Shown here: one piece after another, positions 30,789 to 41,651 of the stretch
Layout: the number at the start of each line of letters is the position of its first letter
Numbering within the stretch: position 1 is the stretch's first letter
Origin: an uncultured candidatus Porisulfidus sp.
GTDB lineage: Bacteria; Pseudomonadota; Gammaproteobacteria; Poriferisulfidales; Poriferisulfidaceae
Assembly: GCA_965116025.1 (NCBI GenBank)
Contig: OZ220480.1
Location: forward strand, 800,001 to 864,000
Length of the DNA: 64,000 nt
Reading direction: 5' to 3'
Program-made: the position numbers and the translations under genes
The notes under the pieces: model-generated
The model's input: only the letters and a program-made list of their open reading frames with translations
Told to the model about the DNA's origin: nothing
Databases searched by the model: none

Positions 30789-31859
30789 GTGAGGCGCCGG
30801 GAATTTCTGGGAGCGGGCGCGGTCGCCGCGACCGGGCTCGGGATGGCCGGGAAGGCCACCGCCGATAAGCCCCTGCGCTGGAAAATGGTGACGACCTGGC
30901 CCAAGAATTTCCCCGGATTGGGCACCGGCGCGGAGTTTTTGGCGCGGTCCATCGGCGAGATGTCCGGCGGGCGACTCCAGATCCAGGTGTTCGGCGCCGG
31001 AGAGCTGGTGCCCGCGTTCGAGGCGTTCGACGCGGTCGGCCAAGGCGCCGCGCAAATGGGCCACGGCGCGGCCTACTACTGGAAGGGAAAGAACCCGGCC
31101 TTCCAGTTCTTCTCCACCATGCCGTTCGGCATGACGGCCAACGAGATGAACGGCTGGCTGCTCAAGGGCGGTGGCATGGAGCTGTGGGAGGAGGCCTACG
31201 CCCCGTTCGACATCGTGCCCTTGGCCGCCGGCAACACCATGGTGCAGATGGGCGGCTGGTTCAAGCGCGAGATTCACGGGATCGAGGATCTCCAGGGTCT
31301 GCGCATGCGCATCCCGGGGCTGGGCGGCGAGGCGTTGCGCCGGGCCGGCGGCACCCCGGTGAGCCTCAGTGGCAAGGAACTGCTCGTGTCGCTGCAGACC
31401 GGAGCGATCGACGCCAGCGAGTGGGTGGGACCGTGGAACGATCTGGCGTTCGGCCTGCACCGCGCGGCGAAATACTACTACTACCCCGGCTGGCATGAGC
31501 CCGGGACCACGCTGGAGTGCCTGGTGCACCGCCCGGCGCTCGAGTCCCTTCCGAAGGATCTGCAGGCCATCGTGCGGCACGCCGCCCGCGCCACCAATGA
31601 GGACATGATGGCGGACTTCACGGCGCACAACAACGACGCGCTGAAGGCGCTGGTCGAGAAACACGGGGTCGCGCTCCGGAGGTTTCCGCCGGAAGTCCTG
31701 GCCGCGCTGCGCGAGCACGCCGACGCGGTGGTCGCGGAGCTGGCCGAGACCGACGATCTCGCGTGGCGGATCCACGCCAGCTACCAGGCGTTCTACGCGC
31801 GGGTGCGGGAGTGGACGGACATCTCCGAGCGGGCGTATCTGGACGCGCGGGTGGTGTAG
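30789..31859 (+). CDS. dctP: TRAP transporter substrate-binding protein (TakP-like, Tat signal)
   Basis: RRREFL Tat motif, WKMVTTWPKNFPGLG, QMGGWF and YYYPGWHEPG. Confidence 0.9.
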   Translation: MRRREFLGAGAVAATGLGMAGKATADKPLRWKMVTTWPKNFPGLGTGAEFLARSIGEMSGGRLQIQVFGAGELVPAFEAFDAVGQGAAQMGHGAAYYWKGKNPAFQFFSTMPFGMTANEMNGWLLKGGGMELWEEAYAPFDIVPLAAGNTMVQMGGWFKREIHGIEDLQGLRMRIPGLGGEALRRAGGTPVSLSGKELLVSLQTGAIDASEWVGPWNDLAFGLHRAAKYYYYPGWHEPGTTLECLVHRPALESLPKDLQAIVRHAARATNEDMMADFTAHNNDALKALVEKHGVALRRFPPEVLAALREHADAVVAELAETDDLAWRIHASYQAFYARVREWTDISERAYLDARVV

Positions 31860-31897
31860 AATAGGCCCGATCCCGAGAATCTGGCCAGAATCCCGGC

Positions 31898-32473
31898 ATG
31901 AACCAATTCCTAACGGACCCTTCCCTCGCGAGCTTGGCGCTCTACTACGGCGCGTGCTTCCTCAATTTCGTGGGTGCGCTCTGGATGGCGATCTCCGTTG
32001 TCCGCATGCGCGAGACCGACCCGTGGATCTTCCGCATGCCGCTTACCGTCGTCGGGATGGCCCACGCGCTGATCACCGTCTCGATGTTCAAGAACCCAGA
32101 GTACGCGCCGCACGCCACCAGCCTGATCTGGTGGTGGGCGATCGCGATGTTCGGCTTGCTGGTGCTTCTGGGGGCGGCCGGGAAGATCTCCGGCGGCGCG
32201 CTTCGGGCCAGCACCTACGTCGCGGCGGTCCTGGCCGTCTGGGGCGCCCAGATGGTCTTCACCGAGCAACCCTCGTTCGGGGAGCTCGCCACCTACTACG
32301 GCTTCTTCGCCGCCAACCTGTCCGCCGCGACCTGGATGATCGTCAGCCCGCTCCTTAGTGCAGACATGCGAAGCCAGAAGCGCGCCGTGATCATGGGGAC
32401 CGGCGCGGTGTACGCCACGCTGGCGGTGATTGGGTTGCAGACCATGCAGATGATCCTGGAATCTCCGTACTGA
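31898..32473 (+). CDS. Hypothetical membrane protein (about 6 TM)
   Basis: Hydrophobic ORF with an internal repeat (LYYGACFLNFVGALWM / TYYGFFAANLSAATWM). Confidence 0.7.
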   Translation: MNQFLTDPSLASLALYYGACFLNFVGALWMAISVVRMRETDPWIFRMPLTVVGMAHALITVSMFKNPEYAPHATSLIWWWAIAMFGLLVLLGAAGKISGGALRASTYVAAVLAVWGAQMVFTEQPSFGELATYYGFFAANLSAATWMIVSPLLSADMRSQKRAVIMGTGAVYATLAVIGLQTMQMILESPY

Positions 32474-32510
32474 TTCCGCATGGGGACTTCGATTTCAGGT
32501 GTAAATAGCT

Positions 32511-32987
32511 ATGCGCCCGGTGACACTTAAAGCGTTCTTCGCTTCCGCGCTTGTGGTTCTAGCGACTCCTGCAACTGCCGAGTGGGAGTTTCACCAGAAT
32601 GTGGATGAAATAACTGATGAGAAACGAGAATCGGCAATCACATTTCGAGACCGGGTGGGAATAATAATTACATGTTTCAGAAGTAGTAAGGATCTGCAAG
32701 CAACCGTTCACATGGGGGACTTCCTAAATACTAAATTCGACCCTGTGTCAGTAACTTACAGGGTGGACAAAGGGGCACCGGAAAATCCGACATGGAAAGC
32801 TTACGATGGTAACCAGACATATAGTAGCGACTATATGGCTGAAATGTTTGCTCGCAAACTAATTACAGGGAAGGTTTTGGTGTTTCGGGCAGAGGACTAC
32901 CAAGGATACGACCACACGGAAAAATTTGATTTAACTGGAGCGGCGGGACCCATCAGGAAAGTGTTAACTGCTTGCGGGGAAAAATAG
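32511..32987 (+). CDS. Exported hypothetical protein
   Basis: Signal peptide; W..VDEITD and FDLTGA..I..V..AC pattern; lower GC than the backbone. Confidence 0.7.
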   Translation: MRPVTLKAFFASALVVLATPATAEWEFHQNVDEITDEKRESAITFRDRVGIIITCFRSSKDLQATVHMGDFLNTKFDPVSVTYRVDKGAPENPTWKAYDGNQTYSSDYMAEMFARKLITGKVLVFRAEDYQGYDHTEKFDLTGAAGPIRKVLTACGEK

Positions 32988-33521
32988 ATGCTCACTCGTA
33001 CTTTTTTAACTAGTACATTTGTTGCCTCGACCTTGCTCGTGGGTTGCTATCCGCGCCTTGCTGATGTTGAGCCTTACACGCCACCTCCTGGGCAAGTATG
33101 CGAAGAGGAACTGACTACAGTCGTGGGCGATTTCGGGGAAAGGCTTAAAGGTCGGCGGGTGCGGTGTCGCGATGTCGCTCCGAGGTCACCGAAGGAGGCG
33201 GACAACTCGTTAGCGGACTCGGTGGCGGGGATGGCAAGCGAGACGCGGGACGAAATGATTGAATCGATGAGAGATCTCGAAGAGAAGTTGTTCGAGATAT
33301 TCACGAATGAATGCTTACCCTATGAAGATGGCCCGCGTTGGTGCCAACGAGTTTTTGACAGATGGGCGCAATTAGATCCTCCGATCCGAAAAACTGATCC
33401 CAATCTGTACGATTTTGCATGGTGGCGCGAGCAGGAGCGGCGATCTCGGATGTGGCAAGCATCCACAGTACTCGGGTATGAACTCACGGCGGAGTTGATG
33501 ATCCGGGGGGAGTTCGAATAA
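32988..33521 (+). CDS. Putative lipoprotein
   Basis: Lipobox LVGC; abuts the previous gene. Confidence 0.6.
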   Translation: MLTRTFLTSTFVASTLLVGCYPRLADVEPYTPPPGQVCEEELTTVVGDFGERLKGRRVRCRDVAPRSPKEADNSLADSVAGMASETRDEMIESMRDLEEKLFEIFTNECLPYEDGPRWCQRVFDRWAQLDPPIRKTDPNLYDFAWWREQERRSRMWQASTVLGYELTAELMIRGEFE

Positions 33522-34071
33522 TGGCCATGTTCTGTTGGAGGCGGAACATGGGATGCGCTGGTGCCGGGCGACCGTTCCCATTTGGCAGGGAGAGCATGAG
33601 TGGTTGCAGACGATCTGGGGGCGGTGACCAAACCATAATGGCCACAGCCATTGAGTTCCCCGAGATTAAGCGGGAGCGATCAGGCGGTAGAACAGCCCTC
33701 AGTGTGGAGGCCAGGGTACGTTCGCGGCATGTATGACGGGAAGTAGATTGCAGCATGAAGGGTTACCCTGTACCGCTTCCGGCCCTATACCTGAAGGCGT
33801 GCATTGATCATCACTCATGTGTAATCGCCCGGCGCATCGACAGTGCGAGGCTGGAACACCGCTCGCTATGAGGAATGGATCAAGTGCCATAAAGTTGGCT
33901 TCGCGGCGGGATGCGTCTAAATGCAACGCGGTGTTCTATGCGCTATAAGCGTTTGTCCGCAACGGCTGGCTACGTAAAGAATCTGGGCGTAGTCATCAGC
34001 ATTATTGGAATGATCTTGGCGTACACATTGAAACTCCTTGCTTACTTGCCCGCATTGATCGGGAAGCGCAA

Positions 34072-34473
34072 GTGAACGAGACGGCAACAACGCGCTGTAC
34101 GCAATGGCGCGAGGCGTTAACTGCCGCCGCGAAGCAGGCAGATGACGTGGGTGAGGTAGCGGCGACCGATAATCAAGTTTGGTCTTTGGCTGATCTGCTC
34201 CGGTGGCTGTTCGAGAAGCAGGGTGATCAAGATTATGACCCGGCGGTGGAAGTTAAGGCGGAGTGGGAGGACGGATTGAAGCTGGAGACGGCTAGTGAGG
34301 TGGTTGACCAGTTGAAGATGACCGAGGAGATGGCCGACCAAATCGCCGAGTTGGAAGAGGTGGCGGCAGAGTTGGAGGACGATGTGGCCCCGCCGCGTAA
34401 AGAGAAAGGTGGTTGGGGCTTTTGGTTGGCGGTGCTCGCGAGCATGATCGTCCTAATAGCGGTATTTGGATGA
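34072..34473 (+). CDS. Acidic hypothetical protein with C-terminal TM anchor
   Basis: Open frame ending WGFWLAVLASMIVLIAVFG. Confidence 0.55.
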   Translation: MNETATTRCTQWREALTAAAKQADDVGEVAATDNQVWSLADLLRWLFEKQGDQDYDPAVEVKAEWEDGLKLETASEVVDQLKMTEEMADQIAELEEVAAELEDDVAPPRKEKGGWGFWLAVLASMIVLIAVFG

Positions 34474-34808
34474 TCGGGCGATTGGCGTTCGCGCTGGGCG
34501 TTCTGCTCGTGTGCGCGGCAGGGGCGCATGAGTTCGATGACTGGGATTGGTATGAAGAGATGGGGTTAGTGTGGCCGAGTGTGGAATACGTTAAGAACTG
34601 TCAACCACTCGCGGATGGTGGCTCGTATGGGGGAATGCAGGCGGCGGACGTTTGGATCAAACAAGTATCGATCTGACCGATCATGTTCTATATGGCATTC
34701 CTGAAACACACGAAGGAAAGGAACGAGATGCTAATCAAACGTGAGAGAACATGGGACTATCGGCGGAAGGATTTATATGGGTATTGGTTCGCGTGGGATA
34801 TCTTGTGA
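34470..34808 (+). pseudogene. Small exported protein with an internal TGA
   Basis: ATGA overlap and signal peptide; TGA at 34674-34676, after which the frame stays open to 34808. Confidence 0.4.
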
Positions 34809-34998
34809 CTAGGAGTGATTTGGTAGGCTGAAAGACGATGACTGACGCTATTCCCTCGTCCGGTAGCATTTCACTGTTTCCATGCGGATGCCCTGTCGTG
34901 TTCTATGGGGGTGGTATAGCGGTGTTCGCCCAGATAAACAAAGATCATTCTCGGAAGCATAGCGATCCATTCGGAACGTTTTCGCGGAGGTGTTTCGC

Positions 34999-36432
34999 AT
35001 GAACCGTCTCTATTACGGCGACTGCCTGACCGTCATGCGGGAAATGCCATCCGAAAGCGTGGATCTGATCTATTTGGACCCGCCGTTCAACTCAAATCGC
35101 GACTACAACGCGATCTACAAGGACCACACTGGGCGACCGTTGCCAGATCAGATGGAGGCGTTTCGCGACACATGGACGCTTGACGAAGAGCGGGAGCGAG
35201 CCATTCTGCGGATACCAGTCCTGATGCGCGAAGCTGGAATGGATTACGAGACGGCAGAATTCTGGCGGCTATGGATGAACGCTCTCCGCAAAACGAACCC
35301 GCGCTTGCTCGCCTATTTGTCCTATATGGTCCAGCGGCTCTTGCCCATGCTTGGGATCCTCAAACCGACCGGAAGCCTGTATCTGCATTGCGACCCGACG
35401 GCTAGCCATTACATCAAGGTCATGTTGGACGCGGTGTCCGGACACAAACGATTCCAAAACGAATTCATCTGGTATTACTCGGGCGGCGGCGCATCGAAAA
35501 AGCGATGGGCGCGCAAGCACGATGTCATTTTGCTCTACACGAAAGGGAATACATGGACGTTCAACGCGGATGCCGTGCGCGTTCCGCACAAGTGGAAATC
35601 CGGGCAGTTGCGGGCGGATGGCTCCGAAAGAGATCACGAGAAAGGGAAGCTCGCCGATGACGTTTGGCAGCATCACTATGTGATGCCTTGGGCGAAAGAG
35701 CGTCTCGGCTATTCCACGCAAAAGCCACTCGCGCTCTTGGAGCGGCTTATCACCGCCAGTTCCAACCCCGGCGACATGGTGCTCGACCCGTTCTGCGGTT
35801 GCGCGACGGCCATTGAGGCGGCGCACAGTCTTGGCCGGCGCTGGATTGGAATCGACAACTCTATTCATGCTATAAAACGTGTCGCGAAAATTCGGCTGGA
35901 GGAGCGACTCAAGCTTGTCGAGAGCGAGGATTTCGCTATTGAGGGGATTCCGCGAAATGTGGAGGGTGCGCGCGACTTGTGGGAGCGCGACAAATATCAT
36001 TTTCAGAAATGGGCGGTCGAGCAAGCGGATGGGTTCGTCACGACGCGCCGTTCGGGCGACGGCGCGATTGACGGGCGGCTTTACTTCGCGGAGCCGGGCC
36101 GCCGCGACCTTCACTCCATGGTGCTGGAGGTGAAGGGTGGGGCGAATGTCGGTGATGATGTCGCGCGCGACCTTCGAGGCGTGCTGGAGCGTGACGACGC
36201 GTCTATGGCCGGCTTGATCGTTATGGACGATCCGGGGACGCGAGAGCGAGCGAATTTCGCCCAAGAAATGGCGGCGGTCGGAGATCTTGATATATTAGGC
36301 GTTCCATATCCTCGCATGCAACTGTTGACGGTTTCGGAGATACTGGATGGGCGGCGATTCAACACGCCGGGCGTCGTTGGGCAAAGTTCGGGGCAAGGGA
36401 GTTTGCCGCTCTCGTCTGACGCGGCGAAGTGA
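34999..36432 (+). CDS. N4/N6 DNA methyltransferase with a C-terminal Mrr-like/PD-(D/E)xK domain
   Basis: IYLDPPFNS, STQKPLALLERLI and VLDPFCGC; C-terminal D.AIDG...EVKGG; RBS ggagg. Confidence 0.9.
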   Translation: MNRLYYGDCLTVMREMPSESVDLIYLDPPFNSNRDYNAIYKDHTGRPLPDQMEAFRDTWTLDEERERAILRIPVLMREAGMDYETAEFWRLWMNALRKTNPRLLAYLSYMVQRLLPMLGILKPTGSLYLHCDPTASHYIKVMLDAVSGHKRFQNEFIWYYSGGGASKKRWARKHDVILLYTKGNTWTFNADAVRVPHKWKSGQLRADGSERDHEKGKLADDVWQHHYVMPWAKERLGYSTQKPLALLERLITASSNPGDMVLDPFCGCATAIEAAHSLGRRWIGIDNSIHAIKRVAKIRLEERLKLVESEDFAIEGIPRNVEGARDLWERDKYHFQKWAVEQADGFVTTRRSGDGAIDGRLYFAEPGRRDLHSMVLEVKGGANVGDDVARDLRGVLERDDASMAGLIVMDDPGTRERANFAQEMAAVGDLDILGVPYPRMQLLTVSEILDGRRFNTPGVVGQSSGQGSLPLSSDAAK

Positions 36433-36528
36433 TGAAGGCGCGGACATGAATAGCCATCCGCTCCAAGTAACGCTTGATGGCGCGAATGTTCCGAAGAAGG
36501 CGATAGTGGATGGCCTCGACATCATCGT

Positions 36529-36801
36529 ATGAGAGTTGCAGCGAAGGTGGTGGTCTTGCTGGTGGCTGGCTTGCTCGCCGGGTGTGGTGGAGCCCCGTTG
36601 CGATCCATGCTGACTGGACATGCGGGTCACGACCTTGCGTTCCTTGAGCGAGAGCGGGACATATCCACGACGCGCATAGCGACTACGGAGAGCGGCGTGG
36701 ATTACGCCATGCAGCGAAGCCGCCTCGACGAAATACGCCGGCTTGAGGTGGAAATATTGAAGCGTTGCGAGAAGAAGGGTGGGCCGGGGTGCCCAGAGTG
36801 A
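36529..36801 (+). CDS. Small lipoprotein
   Basis: Lipobox LAGC. Confidence 0.55.
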   Translation: MRVAAKVVVLLVAGLLAGCGGAPLRSMLTGHAGHDLAFLERERDISTTRIATTESGVDYAMQRSRLDEIRRLEVEILKRCEKKGGPGCPE

Positions 36802-36838
36802 CGGCGATAGTCCTGATGGTCCCCTGTCGCTCCACCCC

Positions 36839-38212
36839 TCAGTAGCCAAAAATCGCCCGCGGTAGCCAGGTGGCCAGTTCCGGCCACAGGGCGAGGATGC
36901 CGAGCGTCAGGGCCTGCAGGGCGATGAATGGGGCCACCCCACGATAAATCTGCGCCGTGGCCACGGTATCTGGAGCGACTCCGCGCAGGTAGAACAAGGC
37001 GAAGCCGAACGGCGGGGTCAGAAACGAGGTCTGCAGGTTGATCGCGATCATCACGCCGAGCCAGATCGGGTCCAGTCCCATCATCAGCAGCGCGGGGCCA
37101 ACCAGCGGCACGACCACATACGTGATCTCGATGAAGTCCAGCACGAAGCCGAGCAGGAACATCAGCAGCATGACCGCGGCCACGGCCCCGACCACTCCTC
37201 CGGGCAGTCCCGCCAGCCACTCATGCACCAACTCGTCGCCGCCGAGCCCGCGAAACACCAGCGAGAAAATCGATGCCCCGATCAATACTAGGAACACCAT
37301 GCTGGAGACGCGCGCGGTGTCTCGCGCGACCTCGCGGAGCATGGCCACGCGCACAGGCCCCACGCGGCGCGCCAGGAGGAGGCTCCCGACCGCGCCCAGC
37401 GAGGCCGCTTCCGTCGGGGTGGCGAATCCCCCTAGGATGGCGCCGAGCACGGTGACGATCAAGGCGAGCGGCGCGACCAGCGCGCCCATCGCCTCGCGCG
37501 CCCCGATCTCGGGGGCGTTGGTGCCCGGGGCGCTGGAGGGCAGGCGCTCGGGACGGCGCCAGGCGGTGAGAAGCAGGTAGGCCACGTACAGCCCTACCAG
37601 CAGCAATCCTGGAAAAATGGATCCCGCGAACAGATCCGCGACCGAAACGGTTTGCGGAGAGAAGATTCCCATATCCAACTGGGCTTTCTGGAAGGCGGAG
37701 GACATCACGTCGCCGAGCAGCACCAGCACGATCGAGGGTGGGATGATTTGGCCAAGGGTTCCAGACGCGCAGATCGCGCCGCAAGCGATGGGCGGGTCGT
37801 AGCCGCGCCGCAGCATGCTGGGCAAGGCCAGCAGGCCCAGCGTCACCACCGTCGCGCCGACGATGCCGGTGCTCGCGGCCAGCAGGACGCCCACCGCCAT
37901 GACGGAAATCCCGAGCCCTCCGGGGAGGGAGCCGCACAAGCGGCTCATCGCGTCCAGAAGGTCCTCGGCGACTCTGGAGCGTTGCAGGGTCACCCCCATG
38001 AAGATGAACAGGGGAGCCGCGATGAGGATATCGTTGGTCATTATTCCGAACACCCGGGACGGCAGCGTCAGTAGCAGGGCCGGGTCGAAGACCCCTGCCG
38101 CCGTGGCCGCCGCCGCGACCAGCAGGGAGACCCCGGCCAGCGTGAACGCGACTGGATAGCCGGCGATCAGCGCCAGCACGACCAGCCCGAACAGCGCCAG
38201 CGCCCAGTTCAT
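36839..38212 (-). CDS. dctM: TRAP transporter large permease
   Basis: GYPVAFTL, SGTLGQIIPPSI, TPTEAA and SFLTPPFG motifs. Confidence 0.95.
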   Translation of the reverse strand: MNWALALFGLVVLALIAGYPVAFTLAGVSLLVAAAATAAGVFDPALLLTLPSRVFGIMTNDILIAAPLFIFMGVTLQRSRVAEDLLDAMSRLCGSLPGGLGISVMAVGVLLAASTGIVGATVVTLGLLALPSMLRRGYDPPIACGAICASGTLGQIIPPSIVLVLLGDVMSSAFQKAQLDMGIFSPQTVSVADLFAGSIFPGLLLVGLYVAYLLLTAWRRPERLPSSAPGTNAPEIGAREAMGALVAPLALIVTVLGAILGGFATPTEAASLGAVGSLLLARRVGPVRVAMLREVARDTARVSSMVFLVLIGASIFSLVFRGLGGDELVHEWLAGLPGGVVGAVAAVMLLMFLLGFVLDFIEITYVVVPLVGPALLMMGLDPIWLGVMIAINLQTSFLTPPFGFALFYLRGVAPDTVATAQIYRGVAPFIALQALTLGILALWPELATWLPRAIFGY

Positions 38213-38724
38213 TCCGAGCGCTCCGCGAGCTGCCCGATCCGTCTGAGGATGTCAGCCAGTCCTTGGAGAATCAGCAGGCCCGACGTGATCGGAATGACGG
38301 TTTTCAGCAGATACAGGAACGGCAGTCCGCCCGTCTCGCGCGACGCCTCGCGCAGCGACCAGGCTTGTTCCGCGTAGTCGTACGACAGCCAGAGCAGCAG
38401 GCTCGCGGTAGGCAACAGCAGGAAGATTCCCCCGATCAGGTCCACCCATGCTTGGGCGCGCGGGCGGAGGGAGCGGTACAGCACGTCCATGCGCACATGC
38501 CCGTCAAGGCGTAGGGTCCAGGCGGCGGCCAGCATGAACACGGTCGCATGCAGATACGTGACTATTTCCTGCAGGTAGATCCGCCCGAACCCGAATCCAT
38601 AGCGCAGGACCACGATGGTGGCGGTCAAGAGCGCCATGACCAGAGTCAACCAGGCGACGGCCTGGCCCACGCGAGCGCACAACGCGCTCAGCGCCCGGTC
38701 AATGGCGGTCAGAAAGCCGAGCAT
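38209..38724 (-). CDS. dctQ: TRAP transporter small permease
   Basis: Four TM segments, HVRMDVLY motif, coupled to dctM. Confidence 0.92.
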   Translation of the reverse strand: MLGFLTAIDRALSALCARVGQAVAWLTLVMALLTATIVVLRYGFGFGRIYLQEIVTYLHATVFMLAAAWTLRLDGHVRMDVLYRSLRPRAQAWVDLIGGIFLLLPTASLLLWLSYDYAEQAWSLREASRETGGLPFLYLLKTVIPITSGLLILQGLADILRRIGQLAERSE

Positions 38725-39254
38725 CGGGAGTCGTCGGGGGTGGGTGCGCTATCGTACAGCATGGACTCGGGCCGGGGGCTTCGCCGAGAGGTCGTTTCGG
38801 ATAGAAATAGTGCTGTTTCCCACGGACGAGCTTCTGTTCGCGAATCTGCGAAACTTCGACGGTTTAACCCGAGAAAAGCTAGATTTAACAACCGCCCAAA
38901 AATTCTCTAGGCACTACATTCGCGGTTTTTGGTGGCAAGAATTGGATTTGTGGCGGGCGAGTCGAGCGCGGGCGACGCTAGGCCATGAACCGGGTCCATG
39001 ACTCGGCGCTTGCCACGTGCATCGTCTCGCGGATCCTTGATGAGGTCGCGGAGGCGACCTTACGGTCCTCCGTCTTCCACCTTTCGCCTGGTGGCTACGT
39101 TTTCGCGCTCATCTCGCGCGACGATCTCCGTTCCGCATCTTCCTCCACCGCCATTTCCTCGTTTTCCCGCCCGCCCGCGAACTCGCGCTCTGTATAATGC
39201 GACCAAGGCGAAACACTCCATTCTTTCAGCGAGATTCGGGAGGCTTTGGACATC

Positions 39255-39887
39255 ATGTCGCGGTCACCGGCGGACGATTTATCGAGCCATCTGGGCGACA
39301 GGACGTTTGGGACCGTATTGGCGGATCCGCTTTGGAGGTTCTCCAACCGCACGGGGAAAGTCGCTCCCGAACATCGGAGGCTATCGCGATACGACACGCT
39401 TTCCTTCGAGGAGATAGCGTCGCTTCCGGTGGCGGACCACATGGCCGACCGGGCGCATTGCTATTTATGGATCCCGAACGCGCTTCTGCCAGAAGGGCTG
39501 CATGCGCTCTCGTCTTGGGGGTTCCAATACAAAATCAATCTGATCTGGCACAAGGTGCGAAAGGATGGGGGGTCGGATGGGAGAGGGGTCGGTTTCTACT
39601 TCCGGAACGTCACGGAAATCATGCTCTTTGGAGTTCGCGGGCAAAACGCTCGCACTCTTGACGCGGGCCGAAGGCAGGTAAATCTGATCGCGAGTCGCAA
39701 GCGGGAGCATTCTCGAAAGCCCGACGAGCAATACGAGATTATCGAGAGTTGCAGTCGGGGACCCTACCTTGAGTTATTCGGGCGTGGCGCCCGCGAGAAC
39801 TGGACCGTTTGGGGGCATCAGGCCGAGCCAGACTATCAGCCCGACTGGCCGACTTACGCCCACAGCTCCGTGGGCGCGGCGCCATGA
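39255..39887 (+). CDS. MT-A70-family adenine methyltransferase (catalytic motif reads DPLW)
   Basis: LADPLWRF.NRTGKVAPEH, DGRGVGFYFRNVTE, REHSRKPDE and YLELFGRG. Confidence 0.88.
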   Translation: MSRSPADDLSSHLGDRTFGTVLADPLWRFSNRTGKVAPEHRRLSRYDTLSFEEIASLPVADHMADRAHCYLWIPNALLPEGLHALSSWGFQYKINLIWHKVRKDGGSDGRGVGFYFRNVTEIMLFGVRGQNARTLDAGRRQVNLIASRKREHSRKPDEQYEIIESCSRGPYLELFGRGARENWTVWGHQAEPDYQPDWPTYAHSSVGAAP

Positions 39888-40070
39888 GCATGGCCGGTCT
39901 TGAGAGAAACGGCCTCGCCGCGCGGCTTCGCGGTCACTGAGGCGCGGCCGTGGCGGCGAAATCGCTATAGGCGCGAAAAGATGTCGCCGCGCGGTGCCGT
40001 CTCGGCGGATTCGGGCTCGCGCTTTCCGGCGATCATCTGATTCCATTCGCGTCGCCTGCCCGCCCCGCTC

Positions 40071-41651
40071 ATGATCCGGCTTTTCCGCTCTCTGGCCACC
40101 ACGGCGTGCATGACCTCGCTGTCCCGTCTGCTGGGCTACGCCCGCGACGCGGTGGTGTTCATCTTCATCAGCAACGCGCACGGCGCGCTCGACGCGTTTT
40201 TCGTGGCCTTCCGCATCCCGAACTTCTTGCGCCGCCTGTCCGCCGAGGGCGCGTTCTCGCAGGCGTTCGTGCCGGTGTTCGTGGAATACCGAGAGAAAAA
40301 TCCCCAGCAGCTGAGCTCTCTCATCGCCGCCACCTCCGGCGCGCTGGCGACGGTCCTGGTCGGCGTCACCGCGCTCGGCATCCTCGCGGCCCCCGCGCTG
40401 ATCATGATCTTCGCGCCAGGCTTCGCGGTGGCCGACGACCCCCGCGCCGACATCGCCAGCGACCTGCTGCGCATCACCTTCCCCTACGTCTTGTTCATCT
40501 CGCTGACCGCCATGGCGGGAAGCATGTTCAACGCGCTTGGACGCTTCGCTCTGCCCGCGATCACCCCGGCGCTGCTCAACCTGTCGCTGATCGCGGCCGT
40601 GCTGTGGTGGGCCCCGAGCCTTGAGCGTCCGGTGTACGCGCTCGCTTGGGGAGTCTTCGTCGCGGGGGTTCTGCAGCTGGCGGTTCAGTTGCCGTGGCTA
40701 CGTCGGCAAGGGTTATTGCCGCGCCCTCGGCTGGACTGGCGCCACTCTGGATTCCGCAAGGTCGCCAGGCTCATGCTGCCGGCCCTGTTCGGCTCCTCGG
40801 TGGTGCAGATCAACCTGCTGTTCGACACTCTGGTGGCCTCCTTCCTGGCGGTCGGCAGCATCAGTTGGCTGTACCTGTCGGATCGTTTCGTGGAGTTGCC
40901 CCTGGCGCTGTTCGGGGTGTCCACGGCCACGGTCTTGCTTCCGAGGCTGTCCGAGTGCAGCGCGCGCTCCGATGGGGAGGGTTTTCGGGCGGGCCTCGAG
41001 TGGGGCGTTCGAGTCGGCCTCGCGGTCGCGTTGCCGTCCACGGTCGGGCTGGCGCTCTTGGCCGAGCCGATTCTGGCGACGCTCCTGCAGTACCGCGAGT
41101 TCTCCTTGTTCGACACCCGCATGGCGGGCATGGCGTTGACCGCTTTCGCGCTCGGGCTTCCGGCCTTTATCTTGGTCAAGGTGTTCGCGCCCGGCTTCTT
41201 CGCCCATCAGGACACGCGCACTCCGGTGCGCGTTGGGGTGATCGCGATGCTGGCCAACATGGCGCTGACCGGCATCGGCACGCTCGCGTGGCTGGCCGCC
41301 GATTTGGAAGGCCCGCATGTCGCGTTGGCCTTGGCGACCGCTCTAGCCGCGTATCTGAACGCTGGACTGCTGTACCGAAAGCTGGTCGCCCGAGACGTTT
41401 ACGCCGTCAGCCGGAAGACCTCCGCGCTTCTGCTCCGCATGGGCTTGGCCTGCGCGGCCATGGCGGCCGCGCTTTGGCCGCTCGTCCCGGAAACCTTGGA
41501 ATGGACCCGCCTTGAGTTCGCTGGCCGTCTTCTGTTGCTGGTCGAGTTGATCGTTCTGGGCGCGTCCGTCTACGCGGCCGCGCTGTGGGCCTCGGGCGTT
41601 CGCGTCGGCGACTTTCGCATCCAGTCCCATTCTGGGGAGGCCGCCGCGTGA
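40071..41651 (+). CDS. murJ: Lipid II flippase MurJ
   Basis: SRLLGYARD and AFRIPNFLRRLSAEGAFSQAFVPV motifs. Confidence 0.96.
   Translation: MIRLFRSLATTACMTSLSRLLGYARDAVVFIFISNAHGALDAFFVAFRIPNFLRRLSAEGAFSQAFVPVFVEYREKNPQQLSSLIAATSGALATVLVGVTALGILAAPALIMIFAPGFAVADDPRADIASDLLRITFPYVLFISLTAMAGSMFNALGRFALPAITPALLNLSLIAAVLWWAPSLERPVYALAWGVFVAGVLQLAVQLPWLRRQGLLPRPRLDWRHSGFRKVARLMLPALFGSSVVQINLLFDTLVASFLAVGSISWLYLSDRFVELPLALFGVSTATVLLPRLSECSARSDGEGFRAGLEWGVRVGLAVALPSTVGLALLAEPILATLLQYREFSLFDTRMAGMALTAFALGLPAFILVKVFAPGFFAHQDTRTPVRVGVIAMLANMALTGIGTLAWLAADLEGPHVALALATALAAYLNAGLLYRKLVARDVYAVSRKTSALLLRMGLACAAMAAALWPLVPETLEWTRLEFAGRLLLLVELIVLGASVYAAALWASGVRVGDFRIQSHSGEAAA

Noticed and set aside
32474-36838. 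Integron cassette array
   Set aside because: No RYYYAAC/GTTRRRY-bounded attC palindromes or IntI were recognised.
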